From assembly GCF_000181795.1 (NCBI RefSeq), contig NW_003526941.1, forward strand, positions 6,373,422-6,429,743: a stretch of 56,322 nt of DNA, in the 5' to 3' direction. Positions 51,000 to 56,322 of this stretch are shown in pieces; within the stretch, counting starts at the first letter, position 1; each line of letters starts with the position of its first letter. This DNA is from Trichinella spiralis (Eukaryota). Position numbers and translations under genes: made by a program. The notes beneath the pieces were generated by a model. The model saw only the letters and a program-made list of their open reading frames with translations. It did not search any database and had not been told where the DNA came from.

Positions 51000-53900
51000 A
51001 GCCAATTTAAAATCTGGCAAAGCTGCAATTAATTTTCTCCTCAAACAAAGTGCATTAAGTAAATAAAGCGCAATGAAAAATGTACAGTAGCCATATTTAT
51101 CAGCAGAAACAAATGAAATAAAAATTTGCATACGAGGACGTTCGCTTTATTGACATATTGGAAATAATTTTAGTTTGAGGCCGTCCGTGTATGAGAGCGG
51201 TGCGTTGTGATTGAAAAATTCACTGAAAACCAATATCAAATGCCAAACACTAAATTTGCTTTTTATTCACTATTATTTTTTGGTATAATTTCCGAAAAAT
51301 AATTTTTCAATCAACATCCAAAGACAATGAACATTAACGATGAGAAGATGAATTTAGCAGTAAGTTGCAGTTTTTTCATTTTTAAGTTTTAATCATTTAA
51401 CAATACAATTGAGAATCGATGATGAGCATAATTTCTTAGTATATTCTCTATGAAGAATTCTCAACATGAGATGATAGGTGACTTAATAAACGCCAAATTT
51501 CCGTACAATTAAGATTCATTAAATACACCTTGTACGCAGTGTTTATCCATTATTAAAATAAGGTCTTTCGAAAATCACCTTTGCAGTAGCTAACATGCAC
51601 TTTCAATTAACCCTAAGCAAGCTTTTGCCCGCAAATTGTTCACTTAAAACTAGCTTCATTTGAACTGCTTGGTTTACTGACATAAGAAAATTTTTAGACA
51701 TACGTAGGTGTGTTTTGTCTAGGTAAATTTTGTATTGTTATGGCGTTTTTTGTCAGATAGTTTATATTTTGACTGAATTGTAAATGTCAAGGTCATTTTT
51801 GAATTTTCAAATAGTCCTTTCCTTATTGGTAGAATTTAGCAGTGCATTTCTTCTGCTCATATTATGGCTTAGGTTAGACTTTATCTTCAGCCAAAAGTTC
51901 TGACGCACTAAAAACCGATTTCTAACGCTGCATTATGCAAATAACTATCGCTATAACGCTGCCTTATCATCAGTAAGGGTGCGTTTGTTTGTTTAATTTA
52001 CGTGGCAATTGGTAGCATCGTTGAACGTTCTTTGAGTTCATTAAAGCGTTAAGTAGCTGTTGAAGTCGGTTTGCCGAATTACTGACAAGTATTCTACTTT
52101 TCTGCTAGTTATTTTTTCAAAGCTATGTATATATATTTCGTAAACGATTCCTTTCTAATTAAATAGCAGTTAATTATTATATTTGCTATAATTCTACTTT
52201 GTGATAAAGTGAGGACAGTTTTGATTTAATATCATTATTACAGGTTTAAAGAATGGAACAAATAAAACGTGAAACTTCATCTTTAGAAAGATTCAAAGTT
52301 ACTTAAGTTTATTATCACATTCTATTATTTTTTTTCAAATTTCGCATAATCATTGACATTTGGTAAATTATATTTTCTATTGATTAACTTGTTAATTATT
52401 ATAAAGCCTAGGCTTTCCGCGCTGAAGACGCGGGTGAGACTTAGTTGTTTCACCTGCCTCAGATGTGCTGGGAGTTTAGTGCTTTTTTCTTTTTTTCTTT
52501 TCAAAATGGTTGATCAAAGTCTGATTGAAATATTCACGAAACAATCAGTTCCTTTAAATTAATGAATGAATTTTGCTAAATATTGCGACATATTATTATG
52601 GTGCCAGTGCAGCCTCATTTACGTAAGACACTATTTTATACTTCTTTAATTTACGCCATAATATTATTTGTGATAGATAGTGGCTTTGATCTGTAACGTA
52701 TTCAGGATTTTGTTGTTGTTCAGCAATTATTATAATCTTTGATGTTGACTCATTACATTATTATACGTTTTCAAAGCATACATGCATTTCTAGGTCATAA
52801 GAGTAACTTTATGCAAATGTGATGGTAAACACTGCCGTTGGCATTCCGCTACGTGCACTGTGTGTTATTCAAATTCGGTAGCAATGTTCCTTATATAAAT
52901 TTCTGTTTATTGAGAGAACTGCACTATAGTATAAATGTTCGCTGCTGAAGGGCGGTCAAATTACTTACTGCGTTGCGTTATTCGGTCATTTTCATGGTTC
53001 AGTTCAACAAATACGTTGTGATTGTAAGACTAAAAATATGAAGAAACCACGAACATCCGTTACAAAATGTATGACTCTACGTTTGCCTTATACGTCATCC
53101 CTGACAAGTCTGTTGACAGGTATGAATTTTCATATATTTGCTATTTTTCACACAATGTTTTCTTTCTTTCTCTTCGCACACTGCACTAAACATGCGCGCT
53201 TTATAAGCTTTTCGTAGTTGTTTGATGTTAGTCTTTTTGAATAGAAACTAGCGCGTTGTTCTTCAGTAATAGTGTTCAATTAATATTCGAGACTTTTTTA
53301 CGGCCAAGCCAATATAGAATAGTACTAATGGTATATTTCGCTATAATTTTCAATAGTCCTTAGAAATCCATTTGTTAAGTAGTACTCTGACATAGCAGTT
53401 GAACCCTTCCCGCATTACCTTTACTGCCCACTGTCATGTTTATTGCTAAGGTAGCATACTTGCCCAATTGTTTAAAGGAAATGTCTGTCACCGGGATGCT
53501 GCAGTCGCAGAATCCTACCCCTAAATGCTTGCCACTTTTCAAATCGTGCACAAGATTGTATCAGCATGACATAGGAAAGCTGCTGTTAGCTAGTGAACAC
53601 ACTTTTATACTACCACCCTTGATACTTTCAGAATGGCAGTAACGTTCCCTTCATTTTTGAAATGACTCCTTAAAGTTTCTATTATGTTATTGTCCCGCCA
53701 ATAGCACTGACTTATACAGATGCACCTATTTTCTGTCATTGAGAAAATAACTCAATACCCATCAATGTTGGCAGTATTGATAAATGAACCTACACCTGAA
53801 TATTATACGTGAAGATTGAGTGGAAGAACGCATATGACAACTTCCACCTCCTCCATCCTTCAACCTCTCCCTCATTCCTTCCTGCTAGGCTGTCCCGCCC

Positions 53901-56167
53901 TCCTTTCCTGTCTAATGATCCCCATCATTGAGCTCGTAATAATACTAAGCTGAACAGAGATCGCATTAAACTGAAAATTCTGCCCACCCCCCCCCTATTT
54001 AATGTTGAATGGACAGCACTTGGCTGTTTTCATCTCATATAAATCTAATTTCTCATAATTGTTATCGACCAGCAATATAACCAAATACATGCTACTCGTG
54101 ATTCTTTTGTTTTATTCTTTTCATGAAATGCAATACAGAATTGTCAACCGCATAAGTTTCTTGAATTCATTGCAAATCGTTGAGTTACTTAATTTGTGCG
54201 GGTAGGTTTATCTCACATTGTATGAAACGCGCTGATGCGGTGCTCAACCAAGTTTGCAGTCTTGCTATAAATTATCATAAGGCGCAAACGAACGTGGAAG
54301 TGAGCTGTCAAGCGGCATACCCCCTGGTGCAGCCGCTTACCAAGATTATGTCAACGCTGCGCACTTGTTAACTTCTGTGATGAGATAAACTGCATATTAC
54401 AAAATTTCATGACAACTGTCTAATTTTCCATAAATCTGAAAAAGTATTTTATTTTCGAAACTATTTTCAGTGGAAGCTATATTTTATTATCCATATAATT
54501 TTGATTAGATGAAAAACATTGATAAAATATAAATTATTGAATCACCTTGTACTTTTAAGCAACTAAATCACACAACATGCATAAATACGCAGTGATAGCA
54601 TTTCCGTTTATTTTTAGTAATTTTCGATGCTTCAGGTTAATAATATTTCCTTTTAGGTAATTTTAGGGAAAAATATTTGCATAACAATGCCATATTACGT
54701 AGTAATATGAAGTGTGTAAATAGAAACGTAATAAATTTCATCGTGTCGGTTCATAATGTTGCTCATATTGTTTATTTTAGTGCGCTATTACTGATGGAAA
54801 ATTAGGGTGTTCTTCGTGAAGCAAAGTAAATAGTCATTTGCATAATTTACTTATTATACAATTCATCAAGCACATCGATTTTATTAGGTTATGCAGTTCA
54901 CTGCAATGCTATCAATCTAGCACCTGGTCAACTATAATTCCGCTCTTCAACACCATCCATGAATAACTGGTAAGTTGGATTTGATATTTTGGTGGTGGTA
55001 TGCTATGCATGTTGCTTAACATATATGGTGAATGGAAACTGGCGGGTGTGTTTCTAGTGTTATTATTGCTAAGTTTTAGATACATCAGATGCTGAAGGCG
55101 AAGAAGTATCTATTTCTGTTTTTTATTTATAAATGACAGCATTAATATAATTCAATTTTAGAATTTACATTATTTTTTATTCATATCCATGAATATGAAA
55201 CAACCAAATTCTGAAAACTAACTGAATATGGTAACTATGCATCATGATGAATATGCCTTGCTTTTTACTTTTATTTTTTTGTTAAATTTAGGTTGAAGGT
55301 GGCAGTGCCAATAGCGCCACATTGCTTTCATTCTAACTGCAGCACTAATGTTAAATTATCATGTATGTGATATCATAGATTAGGTGCCCTTGATTCAATT
55401 CTTTGAAGAATTGAAAATTACATTTGCCTTGCTACATTTTGAAAATGCCCAGATGCAATCTATTATCAGTAAAGACAGGTAATAGCTGTTGAATAGTGGT
55501 TGTTGGAGTTGGTGACATAGCGTTCAAAAAACTTATGACAAAAAACAGTAAGTGTTGAATATGTTTAATTAGATAGCAAGACGATAGGCGTATTAGATAC
55601 AGGTAGAATTAGGTAACTTCCGTAATTACAGATTACGTCATCAACTGAGTTTTTATGGTGTTCCTTTTGCTCTGGGAATTAAGGAACAACGATACACTGT
55701 TATTAGTCTTCAATTAATGTTTTATAATATGGCTGTTTTATATCAATTTTGTTTAACATGCTTTACTTTTCAGCGCACTTGCACACAACACAACACTTCA
55801 GCACACACAGCACTTCAGAATCAAATCAAGTTTAGATATAGATGAAATTGCTGCATTCTTTCGTAACTATCCGTTATTGAACATGTGGTTCTTTTACAGA
55901 TTCGTAATCACGTCGATAAATACATCATCACAGAGCACTATCACCTGTTGATGCCGCTCAGTTTGGCGACGTATATACATTTTTATTTTTAAACTATGAA
56001 AGTTGTAAAGTATAAATTTTGTCGTTTTAGTTTTTCAGGTTTTCATAATTTTGCTTTTCATAATTTTTTCATAATTGCTTTTTATAATTTTTTATTGTTT
56101 GGTACTAGTGTTTTCAAGATTTTAGTGTAAATGTAAGGAAGCTATGGGTGCGTAGGCCTAAAAAGAC

Positions 56168-56322
56168 AGGGTAAGTAGTCTAACAGTTAAGGGTAAGTAA
56201 GGTAAGAATAGGTGTGAAGGTAAGTATAAGTGTGAAGGTACGTTGTGTATAGGGTGAAGGTAAGTAGTGTATAGGGAGAAGGTAAGTATGAGTGTGAAGG
56301 TAAGTAGTGCATAGGGAGAAGG
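56168..56322 (+). repeat. Minisatellite with mostly 18-22-bp units around the core GAAGGTAAGTA; runs off the right edge
   Basis: GGTAAG cores at about 56170, 56192, 56201, 56219, 56259, 56281 and 56299, plus a GGTACG variant at 56237. Spacers alternate between TGAGTGT-like and GTGTATAGGGA-like. Confidence 0.85.

Noticed and set aside
53400..53990. Possible decayed LINE (CR1-like) fragments on the minus strand (NIDGY..LF..DRK; EKWQAFRGRILRLQ)
   Set aside because: Only very short, frameshifted resemblances with no RT or endonuclease catalytic motif. Needs a translated Dfam/Repbase search to support.
56168..56322. CRISPR-like or telomeric array
   Set aside because: Eukaryotic context, no unique spacers or cas genes, and the units are not simple TTAGGC/TTAGGG-type telomere repeats.

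Overview
This is AT-rich eukaryotic DNA with short GT-AG introns and TTTCAG/TTTTAG acceptors. It is most consistent with a clade I parasitic nematode, probably Trichinella; this is an inference from the GPI-less 550-aa secreted 5'-nucleotidases and the gene style. Genes in order: partial mitochondrial ribosomal protein S18B (-); a C1orf21/DUF4612-like MGC-starting small protein (+); three tandem secreted 5'-nucleotidases (+); a fatty-acid transport protein/very-long-chain acyl-CoA synthetase (-); a small secreted protein with four Cx5Cx5Cx4C repeats (+); laminin gamma (+); a BCAR3/SH2D3-like SH2 + RasGEF-like adaptor (+); an unknown locus with two homologous phase-1 terminal exons (+); rps-5 (-); and an intronless purine nucleoside phosphorylase homologue (-). 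The last 8 kb has no recognisable gene but holds a piggyBac-like end and a minisatellite. Most notable points: (1) the PNP homologue has lost both canonical base-specificity residues (E201->P, N243->S) but keeps the phosphate/ribose site; (2) the duplicated terminal exons may be alternative last exons of a myristoylated protein; (3) the nucleotidase array shows patchwork gene conversion and a 310-bp hAT MITE whose empty site is visible in the paralogous unit; (4) the Cys-repeat secreted peptide is split and mostly missed by the ORF track. All exon models were derived by eye and need RNA-seq confirmation.
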